From: Polyangiales bacterium
GTDB taxonomy: Bacteria; Myxococcota_A; Polyangia; Polyangiales; Ga0077539
NCBI GenBank assembly: GCA_044229975.1
Contig: JBGARZ010000010.1
Span: forward strand, 318,009 to 382,008
Direction of reading: 5' to 3'
DNA: 64,000 nt
Positions 19,559 to 27,508 of the stretch are shown in pieces. Position 1 is the stretch's first letter; the number at the start of each line of letters is the position of its first letter. A program made the position numbers and the translations under genes. The notes under the pieces are model-generated. The model saw nothing but the letters and a program-made list of their open reading frames with translations. It did no database searches and was not told the DNA's origin.

Positions 19559-20428
19559 CTACGGCGCCGGGCGCCCCGAGCAGAACGGCTGGCACCGGCC
19601 CTGAGCACAATGGTCGCTGCGACAGTCCGCGTTGTCGGTGCAGGCCGCGCCGTCGGCCGCGAACGCCCGGCGCACGCAGAAGTGCGCGTCGCTGCAACGG
19701 GCCGAGCGCGCGCAGTCCGTCGGTAGCTCGCAGCTCGCGCCGAGCCCCAGCCGCGCGCCGCAGTGGCCGCGCACGCACTCGTCGCCCAACTGGCACGAAT
19801 CGGTCGTCACCTGGCAGGCGGCGCTGCGCTCGATGCGCGGGACGCAACGACCCGCGATGCGCGGGTTCGGGCGCAGGCAGTAGGCCGTCGGGACGCAGTC
19901 GTCGCTGTACCCGCAGCGCGCACCCACGGCGGCGGTGCCGACGTAGACGCTACGGCACGACGGAATGGCGTCCTCCAACACCTCGCGGATGCTGAACGGG
20001 TCGGGGCCCATGCACGTCGTCGGAGCCGGGCCGCGAGACCGTCGCAACGCCGCGATGCACGCCGCCGCCTCCGCGCCATCAAAGCGTCGCCCGTCCGCCG
20101 GGCCTCCGTCACCGGTCTCCTGCGCAGCGAGCGCGATGAAGATCGCCCGGTCGGCGGCGGAGCGCGGGCGGTCGGCAGGGTTGGCACTGCGCTCGGCGGG
20201 AGTACAGCAGCGCGCGAAGTAGGCGTCGTGGCCCTCGTCGAGCTCCAGGCGCTGCCTCGCGAACTCCTCGCGCGTGAGCGTCGCGGGCGGTGGTGGCGGC
20301 GTGGGAGGCACCACCGTCGCGGCGGCGTCCATCGCTCGCGCAGGCGTCCGCGGCGGATCGGGCGGCGAGCGCCCGCACGCGGACAGCGCGAACAGCGAGG
20401 CGACGACGACGGATCGGTGGACGTTCAT
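19559..20428 (-). CDS. Cysteine-rich lipoprotein (Dickkopf-like Cys repeats)
   Basis: Lipobox LSAC, Pro-rich linker, repeated GA.C....DC.....C units. Confidence 0.75.
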   Translation of the reverse strand: MNVHRSVVVASLFALSACGRSPPDPPRTPARAMDAAATVVPPTPPPPPATLTREEFARQRLELDEGHDAYFARCCTPAERSANPADRPRSAADRAIFIALAAQETGDGGPADGRRFDGAEAAACIAALRRSRGPAPTTCMGPDPFSIREVLEDAIPSCRSVYVGTAAVGARCGYSDDCVPTAYCLRPNPRIAGRCVPRIERSAACQVTTDSCQLGDECVRGHCGARLGLGASCELPTDCARSARCSDAHFCVRRAFAADGAACTDNADCRSDHCAQGRCQPFCSGRPAP

Positions 20429-20657
20429 GGGACGCGTCGTGCCTACCGACTGCGCGTCGCTTCCGTCAAGGCGAGGCCGCTGTCGAGGGCGCGGTCGCTC
20501 TCGTTCGAACGGGATCTCCCACGCCACGAAGTCACGGCTCCGCGCAAGCGAAAGAGCCGCCACACGGACGATTTGTCTTCAAGCACAGTCTTCGCTCAAT
20601 CGTTCCAAAAGTTGCGGCAGAGGTACGGCAAGTGGTAATCGCGTGCGAGCCTCAATT

Positions 20658-21635
20658 ATGACGGGACCATACGAACGCCTCGTGTCGAACCAAGATCTTC
20701 CTGACTCCTTGTGGAGTTCATCTGATCGGCACCTAATAATACCTCCAACGCTCGTTCGTGCGTATGCGAAAGCAATCGTTGCACATAATCTAGAGAGTCT
20801 GAGCCAAAAAGGGGGGGCAGGAAGCGGGCCGGTCGGGGGACTGACGAAAGAAGCGTCCGACCAGCATTTTGCTCAGTCTTTCTCAGGTTCGGTGGCGCGA
20901 ATGCAACTCGCGGCGCTAGACCCTGACTGTCGTGCGGAACACGTGGCCGACGCCTTCGTGAAAATGCTGGCTGGAGGCAAAGTACTAATCATTGACGTGC
21001 CGTCAGGCTCGGGGGCTGCCTCGCTAGCGTTGTTGTGTACGATATGTGAGCTAAGGGCGAAGAGCATCCTTCCGCGAATTCCATTGGATGTAGTGTTGAT
21101 CGGTGGCGAAATATCACCTCATGCGAGAGCATACTCGCAGTATTTGTTGGCGGAAGTGCGAGGTGATTTGTGCGATCAGGCGATCAATGTCGAGTCGCGA
21201 TTCGTGCATTGGGATGCGTGTGACCGAGCCTCAACTACCTTGCTAATAAAGCAAGTTGTTCGATCTATTGAGGGATGTGCTGGGGCGCTGATGGTTGTCG
21301 CGAATTTTAATGGCTTTCTCCATCAGTCGGGCAAGCAGAAGGAGGTGAGGCCGCAGTTGGAAGATTTGTTCCGCTATGCTGCTAGTTCAAACACCACAGC
21401 GATATGGATTGAACCTCAGAACAACGGAGCAGTGGCGCAGGGTGGACTGTTTCCCTGGCTCCGAAAGCTTTTTAAGGACACTTTCTTGCAAAAGCTTGTT
21501 GAGATGATTCCTTCCGGGTCGACCGATGATTTTGTCACGATGACGACCTCAAGATTTCGACATCCAATCCGTACGACGGACGTGTATGATGTGCGGCTTG
21601 CCGTCGTGCGATTTAGCCTTCGAGAAGAGCCATGA
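20658..21635 (+). CDS. Class I SAM-dependent methyltransferase-fold protein
   Basis: Motif I VLIIDVPSGSGAAS, motif II IGGEIS, motif III VHWD, WIEP; low-GC codon usage. Confidence 0.7.
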   Translation: MTGPYERLVSNQDLPDSLWSSSDRHLIIPPTLVRAYAKAIVAHNLESLSQKGGAGSGPVGGLTKEASDQHFAQSFSGSVARMQLAALDPDCRAEHVADAFVKMLAGGKVLIIDVPSGSGAASLALLCTICELRAKSILPRIPLDVVLIGGEISPHARAYSQYLLAEVRGDLCDQAINVESRFVHWDACDRASTTLLIKQVVRSIEGCAGALMVVANFNGFLHQSGKQKEVRPQLEDLFRYAASSNTTAIWIEPQNNGAVAQGGLFPWLRKLFKDTFLQKLVEMIPSGSTDDFVTMTTSRFRHPIRTTDVYDVRLAVVRFSLREEP

Positions 21636-23371
21636 TTCCCCCTCCTCCATCGTTGGTGTCCGTACGCGCAATCAATCAATATCGGAGGCGTGATGTATTT
21701 ACGTATCTAGCGTTGCGCTACTATCTTTCCACCAGTTCCGCGCGCCGTGACTCGTGGTGTTCCGACGTCGCACCGGCAGTCGTTCTGGGGCGAACCGCGC
21801 CTGGATACTTTCGCGCGGCACACTTCAAGGAGATCGTTGGAGATGAGCGACGAGTTGAACATAGACATATTTACCTCCCCGGAGCGAACGAGGCGCTCGC
21901 GGAATCATGGTTGCTGCGAGAGTGTTCGTTGCACGCATACTTTGCCAACCCTCCTTGTGTCTTTAGCTACGAGCTTGCACATCATGAAGCGAAGAATGGA
22001 ATGTTCTGCAATTATATGGATGGGTTGCGAAAGAGACACGGCGCTGTTGCGCTAGCCTGCCTTGAGTTTCCAGCAGGTATCGTCCAGTACACTGATATTC
22101 GACGTTTTTACCCTTCGATCCCCCACGCTGTTGCGCGGGAAGCTTGGCGGAAAGCTGTAGGATCGACTGGATTGGAGCGTCGCGCCGCGAATCTTGGCGA
22201 AAAACTATTGGATGACTATGCTGCGACGGGAGATTCCGAAGGTGCTTCCGTCATCGTCGGGCCGATGTTCAGTCATCTTATTGCGAATTTAGTTCTTCGT
22301 GACATTGACAGACTTTTGTCGTCGCGGCCTGGTGTGAGGTATTTTCGTTATGTTGATGATATGATTTTTGTCGGCAATCCGGAGGTTGTTCGCGAAGCGC
22401 TTGGAGAGGCATCTGATGCACTGGCCATGCTGGGGCTTGAGATGCACGATCGAGAATCTAGCAAATCTTTGGTCGTTGCGTGCTCGACTTGGCTTGTCGG
22501 ATCAGCCGATTATCAAGAGCAGCATCGGGGCATTTCATGGATGACGCTTATTGGCGATCTGAAACGCTTTCTCCTGCTCCATCCAGAAAGGAGAGAGGAA
22601 CTCGCCTCCGCAGCAATTCGAAAAGGCTTGCGTCTGCCGGTCGTGAACTATGGCGATGCAGTGCGTGAAAGATCTTTTTTGGCACGGTTTCGTGACCTCA
22701 TATCGTTTGATTGGTTGCGCACTAAAGCGAAGAAAATTTCAGTCGACTCAATCTTACAGCAGGCGGATCATCTTCGAGGCTCCTATGGCACAGAACTCCA
22801 GCAGCTGATGGTGCGCATCGATGAGTTGGATGCGTATGAACTCAAACGTCGATTGCCAAAAATCCGCTATCGTGCCGGTCGGCTGGTTTATATTGGACAA
22901 GAAAATGCTCTGCTGGAGTTGGGTGAATCGATGGAGACAATTCCAGCGCTTGCTTTCCATGCCGCCGTGATGAAGGCCGTCGCGACTGGTAATGTTACCA
23001 ATCTCTTAGCATTCGGTGGCAACGCCACTCAAGCCGCCGCGCAACCTTTGCGCGCCGCGCAACGGAGTGCCGTGATCGATCGTTTGCCTTCTAGTTCGGT
23101 GGAATGGCAGGGTCTATCGGTCTTCGGTATATACGGAGTGCCCGTGGTAGGGGCCCACGACATGTCGACGGCGGACGAGATTTGTCGGCTGGCGTTCTTC
23201 GCTGGAAGTGACCGTAGTCTGATGTCTAGCCAGAATAGTTTCATTCGTGAAGCCGCATGCTTGCATGGGATTGGTTTGGTTCGTCACTCGGAGATGATGG
23301 GTAGTGCATTCGACAAGGACGAGGAACTGGCGATGGACGCCGTTGATCAGTTTCATCTTTCGGTTTCGTAG
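21632..23371 (+). CDS. Reverse transcriptase (unknown-group/defence-type) with long helical C-terminal domain
   Basis: YTDIRRFYPSI, GPMFSHLIANL, YFRYVDDMIF catalytic motif; ATGA overlap with methyltransferase. Confidence 0.92.
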   Translation: MIPPPPSLVSVRAINQYRRRDVFTYLALRYYLSTSSARRDSWCSDVAPAVVLGRTAPGYFRAAHFKEIVGDERRVEHRHIYLPGANEALAESWLLRECSLHAYFANPPCVFSYELAHHEAKNGMFCNYMDGLRKRHGAVALACLEFPAGIVQYTDIRRFYPSIPHAVAREAWRKAVGSTGLERRAANLGEKLLDDYAATGDSEGASVIVGPMFSHLIANLVLRDIDRLLSSRPGVRYFRYVDDMIFVGNPEVVREALGEASDALAMLGLEMHDRESSKSLVVACSTWLVGSADYQEQHRGISWMTLIGDLKRFLLLHPERREELASAAIRKGLRLPVVNYGDAVRERSFLARFRDLISFDWLRTKAKKISVDSILQQADHLRGSYGTELQQLMVRIDELDAYELKRRLPKIRYRAGRLVYIGQENALLELGESMETIPALAFHAAVMKAVATGNVTNLLAFGGNATQAAAQPLRAAQRSAVIDRLPSSSVEWQGLSVFGIYGVPVVGAHDMSTADEICRLAFFAGSDRSLMSSQNSFIREAACLHGIGLVRHSEMMGSAFDKDEELAMDAVDQFHLSVS

Positions 23372-23387
23372 TCGTCAAAAAAGTTGG

Positions 23388-23665
23388 TCGGCGCGAATCA
23401 TGCCGAGTGCGCGATCGCGGGAGCATGCAGTTAGTTTCATGGGAGAGGCGGCGTGCGAGGCGTTCGGGATGTCGAATCGGGTCGCCGTTGAGTTGGACGC
23501 CCAAGGAGCGCTTGGCAATTGGCCCTCGGTGGACGAATGGGCGATCTGTAGACTCCAAAGGGCACCGAAACGAGCGTGCTTCGTTGGGCCCCCTCGCGTT
23601 CACTCTGCCCTTTTACGTCTCATGTGTCGCTTCACTGCCCTCTGTCGGCACCGCTTTGCCGCCTC
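23388..23665 (+). ncRNA. Candidate structured RNA downstream of the RT
   Basis: Non-coding spacer with mutually compatible nested stems found by eye; not folded computationally. Confidence 0.3.
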
Positions 23666-23710
23666 GTTGATCCACCGGAGGCACTGCACTCGCTGGTATG
23701 GTCCGCGCCC

Positions 23711-25408
23711 ATGCGACCCACCGCCCTCGCGCTCACCCTCTTCGCGCTCGGTTGCTCGTCCACCCGCGCGCCGACGCCCACGACGCCCACCCCGCAGCCG
23801 CCGCGCACCGCGCCGCTCGTGGTGACCGTCGTCGTCGATCAGTTCGCCGCCTGGATCGCCGAGGAGCGCCTCCCACTTCTCCCCGACACCGGCGGCTTCG
23901 CCCGCCTCCGCCGCGAAGGAACCTGGTACCGCCACGTCCGCTACGGCCACGCCGCCACCGACACCGCGCCCGGTCACTCGTCCCTCTACACGGGCCGCGC
24001 GCCGCGCGAAAACGGCATCCTGGCCAACGAGGTTCCCAACCCGCGCGGTGAGCGCGTGTCCATCCTGCGCGACGAGGCCACGCGCGTCGTCACCGCCGAT
24101 GGGCCCATCGAGGCACCGGGCAGCTCCATCGCGCGCCTCCGCGTCGACACCCTCGCCGACGGCCTGCGCGAACACGTCCCCAACGCCGTCATCGTCAGCG
24201 TCTCCCTCAAGGACCGCGGCGCCATCTTCGGCGGTGGTCGTCACCCCACCGCGACCCTCTGGTTCGACGCGGGCCGCGACCGCTTCGTCACCTCCACCGC
24301 CTTCGGTCAGACGCTCCCCGCGTGGGCCTCGCCCCACGGCCTCCCGCCCGCCGTGCAGGCGCTGCGCGCATCACCCTGGACGCTCTCCGACGAGCCGTGG
24401 GTGCGCTCGCACGCCGCGTCGCCCGACGCGCAGCCCGGCGAAGGGGACATGGAGGGCTGGGGAACCACCTTCCCGCACGACTTCACCCGCGCCCGTCGCC
24501 CCGCCAGCGCGCTGCGAGCCTCACCGATGGGCGACCTCGCGGTGCTGCAACTCGCCGAGGACGCGCTTGCCGCGCGCGACCCGCAGGCCCCGATGCTGCT
24601 CGCGATCTCGCTCTCGTCCAACGACTACGTCGGGCACCTCTTTGGTCCCGACTCGTGGGAGGCGTGGGACCAGCTCCGTCGCCTCGACGCCTCGCTCGCG
24701 CGCTTCTTCGAGCGCCTCGACGCGGTCGCCGGGAGTGATGGCTGGTCGCTCGTTCTCTCAGCCGATCATGGCGTCATCGGGCTCCCCGAGACGGCCAACG
24801 TCCCCGCGGCGCGGCGCTGGTGTGACGGCGCCACGGCGCGCGGCACCGACCCCTACGAGCGCCCCTGCGGAGCGACGGGACGGCTCGACCCCGACGCCAT
24901 CGCGAGGGAGTTGCAGGCCGCCGCGGTGGTCGCGCTCGGGCCCGGTGAGTGGGTGCTCGGCGTGGCCGATCCGTACGTCTACCTGACGCCCGCGGGCGAA
25001 GCGCTGGAGGGCGCGCGGCGGACGCAGCTCATCACGGCGATGACCGCGCGGCTGCGACAACACACGGAGGTCGATCGGGTGCTCGACGTGCGCGAGGTGG
25101 CGCCGTCGTGCGCGGCGGGCGAGTCGGTTGACGCGCTGCTCTGTCACGCGATCCCCGCGCGCAACGGCGCGGCGGTGTACGTGCTGTTGAAGTCGGGGTC
25201 GTTCTTCGACTCGGGCTACGCGCTCGGCTTCGGGACGAGCCACGGGTCGCCGTACCTCTTCGATCGCACGGTGCCGCTCATGGTGCGCGCGCCGGGTCGC
25301 GAGCCCGCGGGGCGCGTGGTGGACGAGCCCGCGTCGTTCACGGAGTTCAGGCGGCAGGCTGAGCGGCTGCTGGGCCTGCCCGAGCGGGCGCCCGCGACGA
25401 CGCCGTAG
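23711..25408 (+). CDS. Alkaline phosphatase family lipoprotein (PafA/nucleotide pyrophosphatase type)
   Basis: VVVDQF, TDTAPGH, SLKDRGAI, DYVGHLFGPDS.E, SADHG, GTSHGSPY. Confidence 0.9.
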   Translation: MRPTALALTLFALGCSSTRAPTPTTPTPQPPRTAPLVVTVVVDQFAAWIAEERLPLLPDTGGFARLRREGTWYRHVRYGHAATDTAPGHSSLYTGRAPRENGILANEVPNPRGERVSILRDEATRVVTADGPIEAPGSSIARLRVDTLADGLREHVPNAVIVSVSLKDRGAIFGGGRHPTATLWFDAGRDRFVTSTAFGQTLPAWASPHGLPPAVQALRASPWTLSDEPWVRSHAASPDAQPGEGDMEGWGTTFPHDFTRARRPASALRASPMGDLAVLQLAEDALAARDPQAPMLLAISLSSNDYVGHLFGPDSWEAWDQLRRLDASLARFFERLDAVAGSDGWSLVLSADHGVIGLPETANVPAARRWCDGATARGTDPYERPCGATGRLDPDAIARELQAAAVVALGPGEWVLGVADPYVYLTPAGEALEGARRTQLITAMTARLRQHTEVDRVLDVREVAPSCAAGESVDALLCHAIPARNGAAVYVLLKSGSFFDSGYALGFGTSHGSPYLFDRTVPLMVRAPGREPAGRVVDEPASFTEFRRQAERLLGLPERAPATTP

Positions 25409-25415
25409 GAGGGCG

Positions 25416-27344
25416 TCAGAGCGTTTCGAGGTACGCGACGAGGTCGCTGATCTGCTCGGCCAGGAGGTGCGAGGTGTGGCCGTGCCGGTCGCCGCCGCCA
25501 CACGCACCGAAGCGGTCGCGCAGCGTCGCGGCGCAGCCGTTGTGCAGCAGCGGGGTGCGCCACGCGACGCCGCGCAGCGACGGAACCTGAAACGCCCCGC
25601 CCGTTCCGACATCCACCGTGACGTTGTTGGTGAGGTGCTCGCCGGCGTGGCACGTCGCGCAGCCGACGGTGGGCTCCTCGAAGACGGCCCGGCCGCGCGC
25701 GACGGCGTCCATGTCCTGCGGCGCGGCGGTCGGAATCGCGGGCTGCGTGGTGCTCCAGCGCTCCAGGGCGTCGACCTGATCGGGCCGCAGCCGGCCGCCG
25801 CTCATGCGCTGCGCGAACACCTCGGCCGCGAGGCGCTCGAAGGTCGGCATGTCGCCGTCCCAGTGGAAGGGCGCCGTGCCCACGAGGCCGCCGTGGAGGT
25901 TCTGCGTGCGGCGGGCGCCGATGGGGGAGAAGTTCCAGACGTGGGCGTCGTCGCCGCCTTCGGGGTGGCACGACGCGCAGGCCACGAAGGCGCCCGCGTT
26001 GGAGTGGAAGAGGCGGTGTCCCGTGTCCTCGCGGCCCTCGCCGCCGAACTGGATGGTCACGCCGTTTTCGACGACGAGGGTCGAGGGCTCGCGCGTCTGC
26101 ACCACCGCCCGGTTGTCGGGCGTCATCGCGACCGCCACGGCCTGCCCGCTGCGCAGCGGTAGATCCGTCCCGATGGCGCAGCGACCCGCCGAGGTCTGCG
26201 CCATCGCCTCGGGCGTGAAGCTCAGCACCTGCGACGCTCCCGCCAGCAGCGAGTTGCCCGGGATCACCACCACCGCGCGCGCGCCGTCGGACGAGAGCGC
26301 CACGTCGACCGCGAGCGCCACGCCCGACAGCGTCGGCGTCGCGACGGGCGTCCCGCTGCCGATCGCCGAGAGGGCGCCCTGCACCACGCCGGTCTGACAC
26401 GTCGGTTCGCCGCCGCCGTAGCCGCCGGGGCCGATGGCGACGCTCGTGCTGAGGGCGCGCTGGTGCAACACGACCACCCCGCCCGGTGCGGCGATGGTGC
26501 GCCACGCGACGCCCGTCTGGCCGCCGATCGCGACGCTGCGCCGGACCATCGCCTCGGCGACGTTGGCGGGACGCACGCGGCGCGTGATGGTTCCGGCGGC
26601 GTTGAGGGTGAGCAGGTCTGCGCTGCGGAAGCGAGACACCACGAGGCCGTCGCCCTGCACGACGACGTCGCGCAGGTCGCGGTCGACGTACACCCGGCGC
26701 GTCTCCGCGCCCCCGTCGGCGGGCAGGCTGACGAGCTCCCCGCCCGCGCAGGCGACGTGCAGGAGTCGGGTCGCCGGGTCGTACGCGACGCCCCGCGGGG
26801 CCGGGCACACCGCGCGCCGCGAGACGATCGCGCGCGTCGCGAGGTCGAGAGAGACCACCGCGCCGCCACGGCGCAGCGCGACGTGGACGCGACGCGCGCC
26901 GTCTTCGACGATGCGGCCGGGCTCGTCGCCCGCTTCGAGGGCCACACAGCCGAGCGGGATGGTCGAGGTGAGGTCGCCGAAGCACACGCGGTCGCGGTCG
27001 GGGTCGGACGCCACGGCGATGCGCCCGTCGCGGGCGACGAGGAGGGTCCCGCCGCTGATGGCGGGCGGCGTCACCGCGGGGGTCTGCGTCGCGGGAACCC
27101 TCAGGCTGAAGGCGCCGACGGGGGGAGGGGCGTCCGTGGGTGGTGCCTGCTGCACGTCGCGGGTGAAGCCCGCATCGGTGCCTGCGTCGGCGCGCCGACG
27201 CGGCTCGACGCTCCCGGCGTCGGGCAACGGGAACACGATCGGGTCGTAGGGCATCAGCACGGGCGGCGGCTCGAACCAACAGCCCGCCGACAGCCCACCG
27301 AGCAACAACAGACCGCCTGCGCTGAGTTTCGACGACGGTCCCAT
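25416..27344 (-). CDS. Lipoprotein: beta-propeller fused to di-heme cytochrome c (peroxidase/MauG-like)
   Basis: Lipobox LSAGC; propeller repeats; CASCH and CATCH; APFHWDG and VPSLRGV...PLLHNG. Confidence 0.85.
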   Translation of the reverse strand: MGPSSKLSAGGLLLLGGLSAGCWFEPPPVLMPYDPIVFPLPDAGSVEPRRRADAGTDAGFTRDVQQAPPTDAPPPVGAFSLRVPATQTPAVTPPAISGGTLLVARDGRIAVASDPDRDRVCFGDLTSTIPLGCVALEAGDEPGRIVEDGARRVHVALRRGGAVVSLDLATRAIVSRRAVCPAPRGVAYDPATRLLHVACAGGELVSLPADGGAETRRVYVDRDLRDVVVQGDGLVVSRFRSADLLTLNAAGTITRRVRPANVAEAMVRRSVAIGGQTGVAWRTIAAPGGVVVLHQRALSTSVAIGPGGYGGGEPTCQTGVVQGALSAIGSGTPVATPTLSGVALAVDVALSSDGARAVVVIPGNSLLAGASQVLSFTPEAMAQTSAGRCAIGTDLPLRSGQAVAVAMTPDNRAVVQTREPSTLVVENGVTIQFGGEGREDTGHRLFHSNAGAFVACASCHPEGGDDAHVWNFSPIGARRTQNLHGGLVGTAPFHWDGDMPTFERLAAEVFAQRMSGGRLRPDQVDALERWSTTQPAIPTAAPQDMDAVARGRAVFEEPTVGCATCHAGEHLTNNVTVDVGTGGAFQVPSLRGVAWRTPLLHNGCAATLRDRFGACGGGDRHGHTSHLLAEQISDLVAYLETL

Positions 27345-27508
27345 GGCGTGCCCCTCTCCGGTGAATCGGTCGAGAGTAGGCACACTCTTGAACGCCTGTC
27401 TCCACAGGGTCTCGGCGCCGCTGGTGCCGCGTTGGGCCACACGGTGATCACGCCATCGGGACGCCATCGCATTCGATCGGGAGGGTGTGCAACAATCCAG
27501 GCTTCGCG

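Noticed and set aside
17701..19608. 635-aa minus-strand ORF spanning the ATPase-TOPRIM pair
   Set aside because: Antisense shadow with no recognisable motifs; such open antisense frames are common at this GC, as are most other overlapping ORFs in the track
20658..21635. Methyltransferase as part of a restriction-modification system
   Set aside because: No DPPY/NPPY or PC catalytic motif and no adjacent endonuclease or specificity subunit
21632..23371. RT as retron, group II intron or DGR
   Set aside because: No NAxxH/VTG retron motifs or clear a1/a2 repeats upstream, no maturase/endonuclease domain or intron domain V seen, no template/variable repeat pair or avd-like gene
20457..23633. tcgcttc as a target-site duplication flanking the RT islet
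   Set aside because: Only 7 bp, expected by chance, and not clearly at the compositional boundaries
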